NCBI GenBank assembly: GCA_964016885.1 | Contig: OZ024743.1 | Location: forward strand, 17,546,001-17,610,000 | Length of the DNA stretch: 64,000 nucleotides | Direction of reading: 5' to 3' | Source: Eledone cirrhosa | Taxonomy: Eukaryota | The notes under the pieces: model-generated | Databases searched by the model: none | Seen by the model: only the letters and a program-made list of their open reading frames with translations | Told to the model about the DNA's origin: nothing | Position numbers and translations under genes: made by a program | Shown: in pieces, positions 13,772 to 27,400 of the stretch | Layout of the letters: each line of letters starts with the position of its first letter | Position numbering within the stretch: the stretch's first letter is position 1

Positions 13772-15180
13772 ATACACTACGCTAAACCCATGGCCTCCAA
13801 ATGCCTGATACTAAAAGATCCAGCAATGTCCACTGGTGCTAATTTTAATATTCTGATGGCAGACTTGGTACGAGTGATGAAAAATGTGTCCCGCATGTGC
13901 GACCCAACAGAAATGGAAAGACACATCCAACACTTCATCAACCACATGCAGTTCTCTGGCTACAACCAAAGAGACAGAATCAAAGAATATGAAGGAGCCA
14001 CGGAGAAGTATAAGACACTCATAGAACTGGAGATGAAAGGAATTTGCCCATTTTTCAGGAGCAAATCATGGAATAACTTAGATAGGACTAAACATAAGAT
14101 AGGGAAAGCCACCTCATGGTATGACATTCAGAGATACCAGAGTGTCATGTTCGTGGACGCTACCCCTGGAGAGATATAAGCTAACCAGTGTAGAAAGGCC
14201 TTGAGAAAGACCCACTTAAAGATTAAAGTGGTAGAAAAGCCAGGAACTACCATAAAATCCCTGATCAGCAAAACCTACCCTTTTAAGAAAATCCACTGTA
14301 CTAATAGGAAATGTATTATATGTAAAGTAAACCCCCGGATAAACTGTAAAACTAGAAACGTAGTCTATGACATAAGATGTACAGGGGGTACTTGCAGAAA
14401 CATGACAACAACATACATAGCCGAGACAGCTCGTAGCATAGGTGAAAGGATAGACCAATACAGGGGGCAACTAAAGGGACGAAAAAACGGTTCAGTACTA
14501 TACGAACACGACAGACAACAACATGACGGTAACATAGACAACATAGAAATTAGCATAATATCTAAACATAGAAATGACCCAGGAGATAGGCAAATCAGAG
14601 AGGCAAGTGAAATAGAACGTAGAAGTCCAAAGCTAAACAGAAAAAAATGAATGGAATAACAACAACACTCAAAAAAACATTACTGCCTTAAGAGAAATAT
14701 GAGTAAATAAATAAATAAATATATACACAAGCACAATAACAACAACGACCTATAAGCACACACTAGTAAACTAAGTTAGAACACAATAACCAAAACACAG
14801 TCACCTAAACGCGAACACACACCAAGCACACTATACACACACGCAGACACATGCGCAGAGAAGAAGACAAAAATAAATAATTAAATAAACGGATTAATAA
14901 AGCTGGCGTAAATATACAATACAACAGGAGGAACATAATAGCACCACTGACGATGTTGCAGATGTGCAACGAAATAACTTTGTTAGACTATATATATGTG
15001 TTTATATCTATATTATATCTTATTTTTGACCGTTGGTCAGTCAATGGTAAACATTGAGGACCGAATGAATTAACTGATAAAAAAGATACAGACGCGAAAA
15101 CCGACCAAACAGTGAGTGTGTTCTGTTATTAATTCTGGCAATATTATCACAACTATATGACCCACCCCAAGTATAATAAT
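13772..15180 (+). mobile_element. 5'-truncated PLE of a second clade (RT thumb + GIY-YIG + pLTR)
   Basis: HYAKPMASK...LVRVMKNVSRMC...FSGY; C...C..C...C..RNVVYDIRC...YIAET.R...RI...H...H...E...PKLN. The 3' end matches 37105-37378. Confidence 0.9.
14947..14986 (+). ncRNA. Minimal hammerhead motif in PLE pLTR
   Basis: CTGACGA T GTTGCA gatg TGCAAC GAAA TAACTTT GTT. Homologs at 36715-36750(-), 37123-37160(+) and 46371-46410(+). Confidence 0.7.
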
Positions 15181-15224
15181 ATATATATATAACAGTATTA
15201 AATGCTTTATTAAATAGTACCATT

Positions 15225-17818
15225 CTAACAACATAATTTGATGGGAGACGTTAATCTATCCATATCGATTGGTCCACATGGAGTTTGAAGCAAGGCATCC
15301 CAACCTCAACCACGAACAAAGAAGCTGTCGAGTCACTTCTTGAGTTTTTCTTGTCCCAACTTGTCCTTGCACAAACAAGGCATCAGAAGAACATTCTGGA
15401 TCTAGGGTTTAGTAACCACACTAAAACTATCCATAATATTACAGTGGAAAAAACTCTTATCTCAGACCATGTCATGGTTCTTTGTAACCTTAGATTCCAC
15501 CAGCCGAAAGCTAAATCCAGGGTCGTCTTTCCAGCCCACCCATTTGATAACATGGATAGCTACATTGCCAACTGGGATGCAATTATGAACACATTATCAC
15601 ATGTTGACTGGTATTTTACACACGCGCACTTTCCACCACCATCAAAACATCTTGGCAGATATTTGTAGACACTGTCACAAATATATGTACAAAACACACG
15701 CCACCAAAACCTGTGAACAAAACCGAGTGCAGTGTCCTCCAAAACAGAAAAAAACAATTATTAGAAAAATAAAAAGAACAAACAAAAAAAATTAACACAC
15801 TAAAATACTGCCAACAGCAACACAAACATTCGATGGCTATCACCATGCTTGAGTAAAAAACATATAACCTCCAGCAATGTATAATGACCATGATCAATAA
15901 CCAGAGAATAGCTGAAGAGAGGTGGGCTATTTAGAAAATCAAACTCAACCCCAAAGTGTTCTTTTCATTTGCTAAAAAACACAAGGTCACCTTCTCCACT
16001 GTTGGCCCTCTAGTTGGCGAAAATGGCACACTCCAAAACAATGCAAAAACCATGGGCGGGATACTGCAGAAACAATACTGCTCTGTTTTCATCAATCCTA
16101 ATATGGCCGATCTTGGCTGTATCAGTGATGTTAATCTAGAACACACTATAGCAGACATAACGTTTGGCGCCCCTGATGTCTTAGCGGCAATAAACACAAT
16201 TCAGCAGTAGGCCCCGACAGGTTCCCTGCTTGTATCCTGAAGGTGTGTCGACACCAAATTGTATCTCCTCTTGCTAATCTGTGGTGCAACTCACTGGACA
16301 CTGGCTATATTCATGAAAACTGTCTGTCCCAGGCTTCAAATAGGGAAACAAGTCCCTTGCAGTGAACCACCATCCGATCTCACTCACCTCTCATATTATC
16401 AAGGTATTAGAGAGGTTGGGGAGATAATGAATAACCCACTTTCTTGAAAGCAACGGCTTGCTGAACACCAACCAACATGGGTTCCGTCATCGAAGGGACT
16501 GTATAACGCAGCTCCTGCATTGTGTTGACGATGTTATGAGAGCATTGGGAGAGGGCTCCAACACTGATGTCATCTACATTGACTTCAGTAAGGCCTTTGA
16601 TAGGGTTGATCATAAGATTCTACTGAGAAAACTATCCAATGTTGGTGTCTCTGCAAGGTTACTTACTACAGTGGATGAATTGTTTCCTGACAGACAGAAC
16701 CCAGCATGTTGTAGTCGAAGGAGTAAAATCAAGCGCTGCCAAAGTGGCGTCCCACAAGGCACTGTGTTGGCCCCCCTTCTTTTCATCATCTACATTAATG
16801 ACATTTCTGACATCATAAAGCACAGCAACATCAGAATCTTCGCAGATGATTCCAAGCTACAAAGGGTCATCAAAGAGGTGGGTGACCGGAATTGCCTTCA
16901 GTCAGGCCTACTGGCTGTTATCCAATGGGCAGAAAAGTATAAGATGCTGTTGAATGAGGATAAATTTGAATTAATCCACTTTGGAAAAAAGGATGCCCTG
17001 AAACTAACATATTCTCTTCCTTCGGGTGAAACTCTAGTGGCTTCCAATAACATCAGAGACCTGGGAGTAATTGCGGACAACAAGATAAGTTGGGCCACTC
17101 ATATAAATAGCAAAGTTGATATGGCCCGCAAAATGTGTTCTTGGATTCTCAGAACTCTCCATTCGAGAGATATCCACACTGTTATACTTCTATACTCCAC
17201 ATTTGCCCGACCCCACCTTGAATACTATTGTTCACTGTGGTCTCCCTGCATGAAACAAAGTATCATGAAAGTTGAAGCACCCAAAGATCAATTACAAAAA
17301 CGATAGATGTTATGACAAGCCTTGATTATTGGAGTCGAATAGAAAAGCTCAACGTTTATTCTCTCTAAAGTCGCCGTGAGCGCTACATTATCTGCATGAT
17401 GTGGAAAATATTCCATCAGCTTTGCCCAAATGATGTTGGCATCACCTTTAATGTACACCCAAGGCTTGGGCCCCGTGCTATCAGCCCACGACAAAAATCT
17501 CACTCGCATCTCATAACAACAATACGGCACAATTATTTCACCTCAATTGACCCTGCTCTCTTTAACATTACACCAAAACACATTAAAGCAGAAACAGACA
17601 CCATCAAGTTCAAGAAGTCTTTGGATAAATTCCGTCAAGAAAACCCGGATAAGCCTCCTACACCCGGCTAGCCGGATATGCCTCCGCAAATATATACTCT
17701 CTGTTCGAGTGTGCCGTGGTGCCCAAACACTGATTTGTAAGACTTTGCCAGGTGGTGCTATTAAGTTAGACATGGCCTGGGCAAATACTGGTTGAAACCT
17801 ATCAAAATTATCAAAGTT
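15225..17818 (+). mobile_element. CR1/L2-group LINE, decayed (APE C-terminus + RT + 3' UTR)
   Basis: MGDVN..IDW, NILDL and SDH (APE); QHGFR, IDFSKAFDRVDH, SGVPQGTVLAPLLF.IYIND, FADDSK, DLGV and RPHLEY..WSP (RT). Confidence 0.92.
16458..17306 (+). pseudogene. Non-LTR reverse transcriptase domain (frameshifted)
   Basis: 282-aa ORF with the canonical RT motifs and an off-frame segment in the middle. Confidence 0.9.
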
Positions 17819-17837
17819 ATATATATATATATATATA

Positions 17838-20126
17838 GGAAAAAGTATGACCCCGACGGCAGAGCTCAAGCCGTTTCGACGGCTATTTCTGGACTAAAGT
17901 AAGAGTTTTTTTTATACTGGTAAATACATAGCCGAACCTTTCAAGGTGTACTTCCTTATATGGGAAGATTGTTGTTGTCAAGAGGATTGGTTAAAATGTG
18001 TAGCAGACACAGAAAAGTCTATCATGGCAGTGGGATTTGGGGTGGGTGTAGCTGAACTTGCCCGTAGAATAATAGGGGAATGGGTAGAGCCGGTCAAGAG
18101 TTGAAGGTGAAATCTACACGGCAAATTCTAAGGAATGTGTATGAAAGTAGGCCAGGGGAGGTAGGCGAAAAGGTTTTGTTTAGAAAATGGAGGAGGGACG
18201 TTATAGAAAAGGTAAATCAAGTAAGAATTAGGGGACAAAGAAAAAATATAATAAAAAAAGAATATAAAATAAAAGAAAATAATAAAAGATGAGAGACAGA
18301 TATATCAGAATGTAAGATTGGAAAGTGAAAAGTGATATAAAACAAAAACAAAAGAGTCTAACACAGCTGCTATATTTACAACCAGACCCACAAGCGGAGT
18401 GGCTTCCAGGAGTAAATATCCTTTTATCCAGCTTCCTTTAGCGGAACCAGCAGGCGACGCCGGTGCTCACGCCACGTAACGTGGTTCAATCCTCCCCACA
18501 TTGTCGAGGTGTCAACACCTATCGGGAAAAAAAATCTTCTTTATGCTCCTCGAAAGACACTTTCCACCACAACAGTGCTACCACAACATAATCAACAAAA
18601 ACACTATCAAGCTATCCTACAGCACCACACCTAACTTCGCACAAAACATCGTCTCCTCAAACAACAAAAAACTCAAGCCCTATGGAAGAAACAACCTTGT
18701 AATTAGTGTAGGGCCGACCAGGAGGTGTCACTGACCTGATAAATCTACGTGCCCCCTCAAATACAGATGTCGAGAACGTAACGTGATCTACCAGTGCAAC
18801 GTGAGGACGGACACCCCCAACAAAGTTTATATAGGATTAACCGCTTGTGATCTTAAGACCCGGCTCTACCAACTTCGACATACGATCCGAAACCCGGTCC
18901 AGCGACATGACACCACACTTTCGTGCCATATCTGGGATCTCCAATATAATAATATAACTTACCATCTCACTTGGAGCTTACTGTCCAGAGCCAACTCTTA
19001 CGCAGGACGAAGCCGTCCATGTAAATTATGCTCGGAGGAAACATTGCAAATGCTGTTTACGAAGGATCAACTCCTAAACAAAAAAGAAGAACTGGTAAAC
19101 ACATATTGCAGAAGACTTACCTCGCCCCCAAAACCTCTAACGATCTGGGTGGGTAGACAAGGGTTTAAACACCCCACTTTTCAAATAAGATAGGGAAAAC
19201 CCCAACTTATATAGGTAGATGTTTACCTTTTCTTTTCCTCTATGTTTTATTGTTCCCTTTGTCTCCTCCTATCACTTCTTGCCACCACCGAACTTCTTCC
19301 TCGTTCGTTCCTTTGTTCTTTTTTCCCTTTCGCCTACCCCATCGAGCATCTTTAGCCTCAGTACCCCCACCCCAGTAACTTACAGATAGCACTCGCCCAT
19401 TGCGCTATACTAACTAATTATAGCAGCTGTGTTAGACACCAGGCATGTGGTATTAATTTTTAATACGCAATTCTAAATTTGTCAATAATTCTCATCTAGC
19501 AACCTATTCTATAGCACTGGCCGAAAAAACACAGCACCAACTAAATATAGCAGCTGTGTTAGACTCCTTAGTCTTTGTTTTATTTCACTTCTCACTTTCC
19601 AATCTTACATTCTGATATATCTGTCTCTCATTTTTTATTATATTCTTTTTTATTATATTTTTTCTTTGTCCCCTAATTCTCATTTGATTTACCTCCATTT
19701 TCTAAAGAAACCTTATTTCGCCTACCTCCCCTGGCCTACTTCCATACACATTTCTTAGAATTTGCCGTGTAGATTTCACCTTTAACGCTTGACCGGCTCT
19801 ATCCACTTCCCTATTGTTCTACAGGCAAGTTCAGCCACCCGAACCCCGTTATCACAGCTATGATACACTTTTCTGTGTCTACTACAAGTTTTGACCAATC
19901 CTCTTGACAACTACAATCTTCCCATATAAGGAAGTATCCCTTTGAAAAGTTCGTCTATTTATTTACCAGACTAAAAAAGTCTTACTTTAATCCAGAATTA
20001 GCCGTCAAAACGGCTTGTGCTCAGCCGTCGGGGTCCTACTTGTACCTATTACCCACTCTACTACCCTAAGAATCGAGTACTTTGGTGCGTTATGGTCCAT
20101 CTGGTTCCTTACCACAACTCCTTCGT

Positions 20127-20127
<1 letters not shown>
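17838..20127 (+). mobile_element. Fold-back PLE: inverted 3' copy (17838-18376), GIY-YIG region (18380-19193), 3' end (19541-20127)
   Basis: 17838-18376 is the reverse complement of 19541-20045. WFNPP, RHFP, NKNTIKLSYS, YIGLT, CKLC..E, LLN. (TA)n on both sides. Confidence 0.92.
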
Positions 20128-20154
<27 letters not shown>

Positions 20155-20159
<5 letters not shown>

Positions 20160-23100
20160 TCAGGTTATCAATAATGTAGTGATAATGTATCGTTACGTTA
20201 GAGATGAACAGCGTACGTGTAGGTTTGCTCAACGAGTATAAATTATATTCCGGAGAAAATGTAGAAAAGACAAATATAAAATGAAAGTGCTTTTTTTAAA
20301 AAGGAATTTATTAGGTATTGACATATGTTTCTGTAACAGAATGAATACCTATGTATCGCTGCTTGCGTAATCATATAATGTTAGCAAGTATTCGATAGCA
20401 AATGTATAATCAGTTGTGACTTCTTCAGAGATTTTGGATAAATTGGATAAAATCAGAAAAATTGAAGTATTTATAATAGTAAAAGAGGAAAAGAGAGGGG
20501 ATAGTATATGACAGATGGTAGTTCAATTTACTGCTAAACAAGTATATAAAGGGTTTCTAATGAGAATACCATGAGTAAATGGTTCATTTTATCTAAATAA
20601 GAATTGTTGGGAGTGCCAATTTTAATCTCTACTTGACCAATTGGACAGTGGACAGGGCTGGTCATTTGGTGTAGTAGTATTAATTATAAAGTGTCAATTG
20701 GGGAAGGGTGAGATTTCGATTGCTACTGAATAACATCAATGCTAGTAGCCAGCTGGTATGTGCATTAGGGAATTGAATTAAGAAATCAGAAATCTCATTT
20801 TATCTATAGCAGTTTATATTAAATGGTAAATAATAGAAGAGTTGATAGAATTAAGACTAATAGAGAATGTTAATATCTATTTTGACAACCAAACGGAGAT
20901 AGAGCCGAGCGTTCAATCCTGGTGGTATTTATAATATGAAAATGTAGATTTTAAGCGATGGTTACAGTATAACGATCGCTCTATTCTGTTATTTAATAAA
21001 ATGTTTTTGGATTTCATAATACATAATAATTCTACATTACATAATGTACAAAATTCCTGTCCGTGAGAATATTGGGGCAGCCGCTATTATATCCCATTTA
21101 AGGTGAAATTGTTGGGTATTTTCACGCAGCTGCCAAGCCTTGTCTGCGAGTGTTGTTACATAACGCTGGCTTTCATGTTTTATCGAGTAACGATGTCTAT
21201 AAAGGCGTGATTTGAAGGAGGTGGCTGTAGATCCCACATAGTACCACTTCTGTCTATCCGATTCGATAGTACATTTGTATACGATGTTGCGTTCAAGACA
21301 CTGATTGTTCAACGGACACATTCCTGGTTGGACACAGTTGCAATTATAATTTTGCGTTGTTGTATTGTCATGGATGGGTTGATGAGGTTGCTTAGGTAGG
21401 ACAGGTTGTTGTTTGTTGTTTTGTGATGTTATAGCTAATATTTTACGTGTATTGTTATGTGTTGGAAGGCGTTTATACAACCGTTTTGCGTTAAGCTTTT
21501 TTATATGTTGTTCAATATTAGGGGCGGTTGAATAGGAAAGTCGAATAGTGTTAGGGTTTGAGATTTTATTATATTTATGTGATGTTGGAAAGTGTTTTTT
21601 AACTAATCGAAAGAATTGTGAGGGTAGATTGGTCTTAATAGAGTTGTTATAGACCGGGTTGTACCAAATATACTCTTTACATCGCCTTCTGTTTGGTGGT
21701 GTGCGACTATTATTGTGTTTATTGCGGTAGTGTATGTATGGTGGTGATTCTGTGCTATTTCTACTCCTATGGGATTTATTTAGCAACCCTTAACGCCAGT
21801 TATACCATCATTCAACCTGAAGGACCACAAGTTAAACTTCGATACTAACCCTAAGATTAGACTTATATGCCCCTCTAAATCTGATATAGGCAAAATTAGC
21901 AAATATATACGAGACAGAATTATCCCCCAAGTTAAGGTTAAAGTAGAACTTAAGGAACTAGGATTAAATATTACATTTGAGTATAACCTCAAAGAGGTCA
22001 ATTTCCTTGATGTTACTTTGAATCTCAATACAGATACGATTAAACCGTTCCATAAACTAAATGAGAACCTTAAATATGTAAATACGAGTTCTAACCACCC
22101 ACTCTCTATAATTAAATCCATCCCTAGAAATGTTTCTCTTAGAATCTCCCGCCTGTCGTCCAACCAACAAACCTTCAAAGAACATGCCGAATATTATGAT
22201 GATGCACGTAGAAAAGCCGGACACCTAGATAATATAGAGTATATAGTCGAAAATCACCAAAACACCCAAAATAAATCCCATAGGAGTAGAATCACCACCA
22301 TACATACACTACCGCAATAGACACAATAATAGTCGCACACCACCAAACAGAAGGCGATGTAAAGAGTATATTTGGTACAACCCGGTCTATAACAACTCTA
22401 TTAAGACCAATCTACCCTCACAATTCTTTCGATTAGTTAAAAAACACTTTCCAACATCACATAAATATAATAAAATCTTAAACGCTAACACTATTCGACT
22501 TTCATATTCAACCGCCCCTAATATTGAACAACATATAAAAAAGCTTAACGCAAAACGGTTGTATAAACGCCTTCCAACACATAACAATACACGTAAAACA
22601 TTAGCTATAATATCACAAAACAACAAACAACATCCTGTCCTACATAAGCAACCTCATCAACCCATCCATGACAATACAACAACGCAAAATTATAATTGCA
22701 ACTGTGTCCAACCAGGAATGTGTCCGTTGAACAATCAGTGTCTTGAACGCAACATCGTATACAAATGTACTGTCGAATCGGATAGACAGAAGTAGTACTA
22801 TGTGGGATCTACAGCCACCTCCTTCAAATCACGCCTTTATAGACATCGTTACTCGATAAAACATGAAAACCAGCGTTATGTAACAACACTCGCAGACAAG
22901 GCTTGGCAGCTGCGCGAAAATACCCAACAATTTCACCTTAAATGGGATATAATAGCGGCTGCCCCCATATTTCACGGACAGGAATTTTGTAAATTATGTA
23001 ATGTAGAATTATTATGTATTATGAAATCCAAAAACATTTTATTAAATAACAGAATAGAGCGATCGTTATACTGTAACCTTCGCTTAAAATCTACATTTTC

Positions 23101-23766
23101 ATATTATAAATACCACCAGGATTGAACGCCCGTCTCTATCTCCGTTTGGTTGTCAAAATAGATATTAACATTCTCTATTAGTCTTAATTCTATCAACTCT
23201 TCTATTATTTACCATTTAATATAAACTGCTATAGGTAAAATGAGATTTCTGATTTCTTAATTCAATTCCCTAATGCACATACCAGCTGGCTACTAGCATT
23301 GATGTTATTCAGTAGCAATCGAAATCTCACCCTTCCCCAATTGACACTTTATAATTAATACTACTACACCAAATGACCAGCCCTGTCCACTGTCCATTTG
23401 GTCAAGTAGAGATTAAAATTGGCACTCCCAAAAATTCTTATTTAGATAAAATGAACCATTTACTCATGGTATTCCCATTAGAAACCCTTTATATACTTGT
23501 TTAGCAGTAAATTGAACTACCATCTGTCATATACTATCCCCTCTCTTTTCCTCTTTTACTAATATAAATACTTCAATTTTTCTGATTTTATCCAATTTAT
23601 CTAAAATCTCTGAAGAAGTGACAACTGATTATACATTTGCTATCGAATACTTGCTAACATTATATGATTACGCAAGCAGCGATACATAGGTATTCCGTCT
23701 GTTACAGAAACATATGTCAATACCTAATAAATTCCTTTTTAAAAAAAGCTCTTTCATTTTATATTC

Positions 23767-23773
<7 letters not shown>
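20155..23773 (+). mobile_element. Fold-back PLE with ~1.5-kb arms (20265-21781 / 22268-23773) and an internally deleted RT in the spacer
   Basis: Near-identical GIY-YIG peptides on opposite strands (ORF 21037-21786 minus; 22559-23125 plus). The spacer encodes LKDHKLNF..NPKIRLI.PSKSD fused to NFLDVTLNL..SSNHP. Confidence 0.95.
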
Positions 23774-23809
<36 letters not shown>

Positions 23810-23816
<7 letters not shown>

Positions 23817-24205
23817 GTAATATACACAGTAAATCGTGTGTCTAATATTACGAGGGTTGAAGAACCACATTTGTTTGAAATGTTTGACCATGAAACAGAC
23901 AGAATGATAAAAATATTTATACAGACCGCCCCATTAACGATTACATCTCCCGGACAGATTATGGATTTATATGTTTCTCCAAGAGTGTGTTTGTAACAGA
24001 TAATTAACGGGCATCATCAGCGAGAGAATCTGATTAAATGCCACAAACACCTAATAGTAACAATCACACAAAAAAGTGAATAATTCACCTCGTGCGCTTA
24101 ATTTAATGGTGGTGTGCCTTTTTCATAGTTAAATATTTCAAACAATGTGGTTTTTCAACCCTGGTAATATTAGACACACGATTTACTGTGTTTATTACTA
24201 CATAT
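23810..24205. mobile_element. MITE (~390 bp) with ~85-bp imperfect terminal inverted repeats
   Basis: cagtaatatacacagtaaatcgtgtgtctaatattacgagggttgaagaaccacatttgtttgaaa mirrors tttcaaacaatgtggtttttcaaccctggtaatattagacacacgatttactgtgtttattact. Non-coding core. Confidence 0.8.
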
Positions 24206-24290
24206 GTTATTATTATAATGCTCAGTATTTATAATTTGAGCTTGATAATTACAGGGTTTCAGTATGAGTTATTAAATCAAACCATTCATT

Positions 24291-24321
<31 letters not shown>

Positions 24322-24368
24322 TAATGAAAAAGAACAAAGGAGCTATTATGACATTACAGCAAGTTTAA

Positions 24369-24415
24369 TGCCGACAGCCGTTTCGTCCGACCATATGGCG
24401 GGACTTTTCAAGGCA
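24369..24415 (-). ncRNA. Hammerhead ribozyme, U3-A8 variant (sense copy)
   Basis: TGCC TTGAAAA GTCCcGCC atat GGTcGGAC GAAAC GGCT GTC GGCA. Confidence 0.8.
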
Positions 24416-27400
24416 TATAACAGGTGATTGTAAGTTCATTATTTACATCAACGTTTCACTCAAGATTAGCAGTTTGAAATTGTGGTATACATCAACAGCT
24501 CCGCTTGTATATTTGGGGTCTATATTCTAAGGGGGCTCTTTTATATTAGTTGTAGGAGTTGTAAAAGGAATGGGTCATAGGGAGTTAAGTAATTTGAAAA
24601 GGGCCTAAGAGTTAGGGATTGAAGGTTAAAAATTAGAGAATTTATAAGTTACGCATTAAAAGTAAAAGACTTGGCATCTCGTAGAAGCACCTTAAAAAAT
24701 CCCTCAATAAGTGCATAAAGCTTATAAGCCCCAATAAACCTAACAAACCAGAAGAGATTAAGAGACTAAAAAAATAAAAAAATAAAAATATAAAGTTTCC
24801 TAAAAAAATATAAAGTTTCCTAAAAAAATTCCTTCAAAAGAAAAAAAATGTTTTTCTAAGAGATCTCGTTTAAACATTTCAGAAAATTTACGAAGTTTTG
24901 ATAATCCCTACTAAAGTTCTAAACTCAGAAATTAAAAATTAAAAATTAAAAATTAGGGAAAAGAACTCTCAATAAGATTTGACAGGTTAATAAAGTGAAT
25001 GATTTAGGGAGTCCATAATATAAATATTAAGATTTAAGTTAGGATTTGAATTTTAAGAGTTCCAAACCCCGAAATTAAAAATAATTAATGAATTTAAGAT
25101 TAAGCAATCTTATATATTCATGATAAAAATTAACGATTAAGGGGATGAAAATTAAATTTAATTTTAAAAATTAAGAAATAAATAGTTGAAAGAAATTAAT
25201 CAATTAAAGGTTAATTCAAAAAGCCTTCAAAAAATCCCTCAGAAAAGGGCCCTTTAATATTTTTAATAAGAACCTCTTCCGAAAGACCCTTCAAAGAATT
25301 AAAATTTTAGAGATCCTTTAAAGATATATATAAATGAATTGAGGAAAATTATAAATTAAAAGTTAAAAATTACAGGATTTGGGAGATCCGAGGAATTTTC
25401 AAAGGGCTGCTTCAACAGATACAACCTAGGTATAATAGATAAAGAAATTTAAGTAATTTAAGTAATCTAATTAAGGAGCAATTCAAAGATCTTATCAAGT
25501 TGGGCAAGATTAAAGAAAATGATAAGTAAGAAAATATATAAGCAAAAAGACAATAATTATAAAATGTATTTTTAAGAAGGTATAAGGTAGCTGCAGTAAT
25601 CTAATAATGTACTATCAAAAAATTATTAATATAGGATTAACAAAGACATAATAATATATTCCTGCCTAATTAACAAACAATCAATAAACAATTAACAGTC
25701 AAGCAAAATTTGCTCAGGGATATCCCTCCTCGGATACTTTACACACATACAGCAACACATAGGATTAACAAAGACATAATGGCATATTCTTGCCTAATTA
25801 ACAAACAATCAATAAACAATTAACAGTCAAGTAAATTTACTCAGGGATATCCCACGCACGGATAGTTTACACACATACAGCAAGATGAACAATACAGGTG
25901 ACCTTGTGGGTGCGATATCCATTGTGCGCATGCAGTCATCTGCATAGCTCCAGGCACAGTTGGTCTTGTTTAAAAGTTCCGAGTTCACGAATCAACTGGG
26001 ATTCACTATCAGATGTGTGGACTCTCTGGGAAATGTACCTGTGGATCAAATAGCTAGTGGTCACAGGGTGTGGTCCGTTCGATCTTTTAGTTTCGGGGAT
26101 TGCACGCGTTTGCGATAGATCAGCCTGCTGGTTCTAAATCCAAGGTCTCGCTGTATAGGATGTATTGGTGTACATGATATATTGGTAAAAAAAGTCCAGT
26201 ATGGACTTGACTGGGGTGGTATATTGCGTCTCTCGCTAATATCCCCTCTCTCACGAACTCCAAGCACACACGCGACTGGTCAAATGCTAAGGGCTGTCCC
26301 CTCTTTGTTTGTTGTAGGGGTCGGATCTAGCTTAGATGGTGGTCGTGTTATTCATATTGCTTCTATATCCCGTCAGCCATGCATATTCAAGACAGATCAG
26401 GGTATATATGTGCGGGATGGTCTGGCGTCTACGTTATCCAAAGGATCCCTCTTGTGGTATTTTCAAATTCGCATGTCATCTCCCGGTTAAGCCTGCGCAT
26501 GCTTTGGTGAATCTCGTGCATGGAATCTTGGGGTATCATATTACACGGGGTGACTAGCAGAAAATATATATTCCATGTTATCGCGCACGCGCTGGCCTGT
26601 GGCTACGACCATGTCCAGTCTCGGGTAGTAGCAGACAGCAGGTAGACCAGCAAGACACACCCCTGTTCCAGGGTCACAACCCTTAACTTATCGAGTGGTC
26701 AGACATCAAGGGAGTCAACTCTCCAAGCCCATTATGTCAACCGTGGTAATATACAAAAAAATCCCTATTAATAAAGAACTAACTAAAAAAAAAGCCACTA
26801 TTAATAAAGAACTAACTCAAAAGAAATGAATGGGAGAGAATGGGGAGGGGCATATATTTGGGCGGGGGTTTACTAGCTAGGAGTTTGATTGGTTATAGGC
26901 AGGGAGCGACCGCCATATTGGGTGTTTGCTACTGTTTACTTGGGCAAGTTCCCGAATTTGTTGATATGCATCTCCGACGGCACCTCCCCAGACCAGTCAA
27001 CGAGGGTCCAGGCACTCGCAATGTCCCACACCGCAGGCATCAGCTTCCCCCAGGGCGCCCAGCAACAATGCTGCCACCAATCCCAAGTTGGCAAGTGGGA
27101 CACAGGGTCGATTGTTCCTCACCAGAGTCCCCATCGGCAATCAGGGAGCCGAGGCATCAATGTGGCCGGGGTTACTCAAGAGCACCCTATTCGCCAGCGG
27201 GGCAATCATGTGCGGGACAGGGTGGGGTCAGGGTTAGGTGTCTGGTCTGAAGAAAAAGAAAGAGCTAAGTATAGTATGGGGGCAGGACGAGAAGTTTTCT
27301 GACCTCCTGTTGAGCAAGTTGAGTCCTGAGAATACTATGGCATGAGATTCAGTTAGGCACAGGCTACAAAACCTGCTCACGAGCTATATGGAGGACCTTT

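Noticed and set aside
23605-23655. HHR in the 20155-23773 pLTR (CTGAAGA...CGAATAC)
   Set aside because: Stem II and the GAAA half are too degenerate to call, although the position fits.
27377-27379. TGA in a PLE endonuclease as selenocysteine (also ~30983)
   Set aside because: Not at a conserved Cys column; consistent with ordinary decay such as CGA>TGA.
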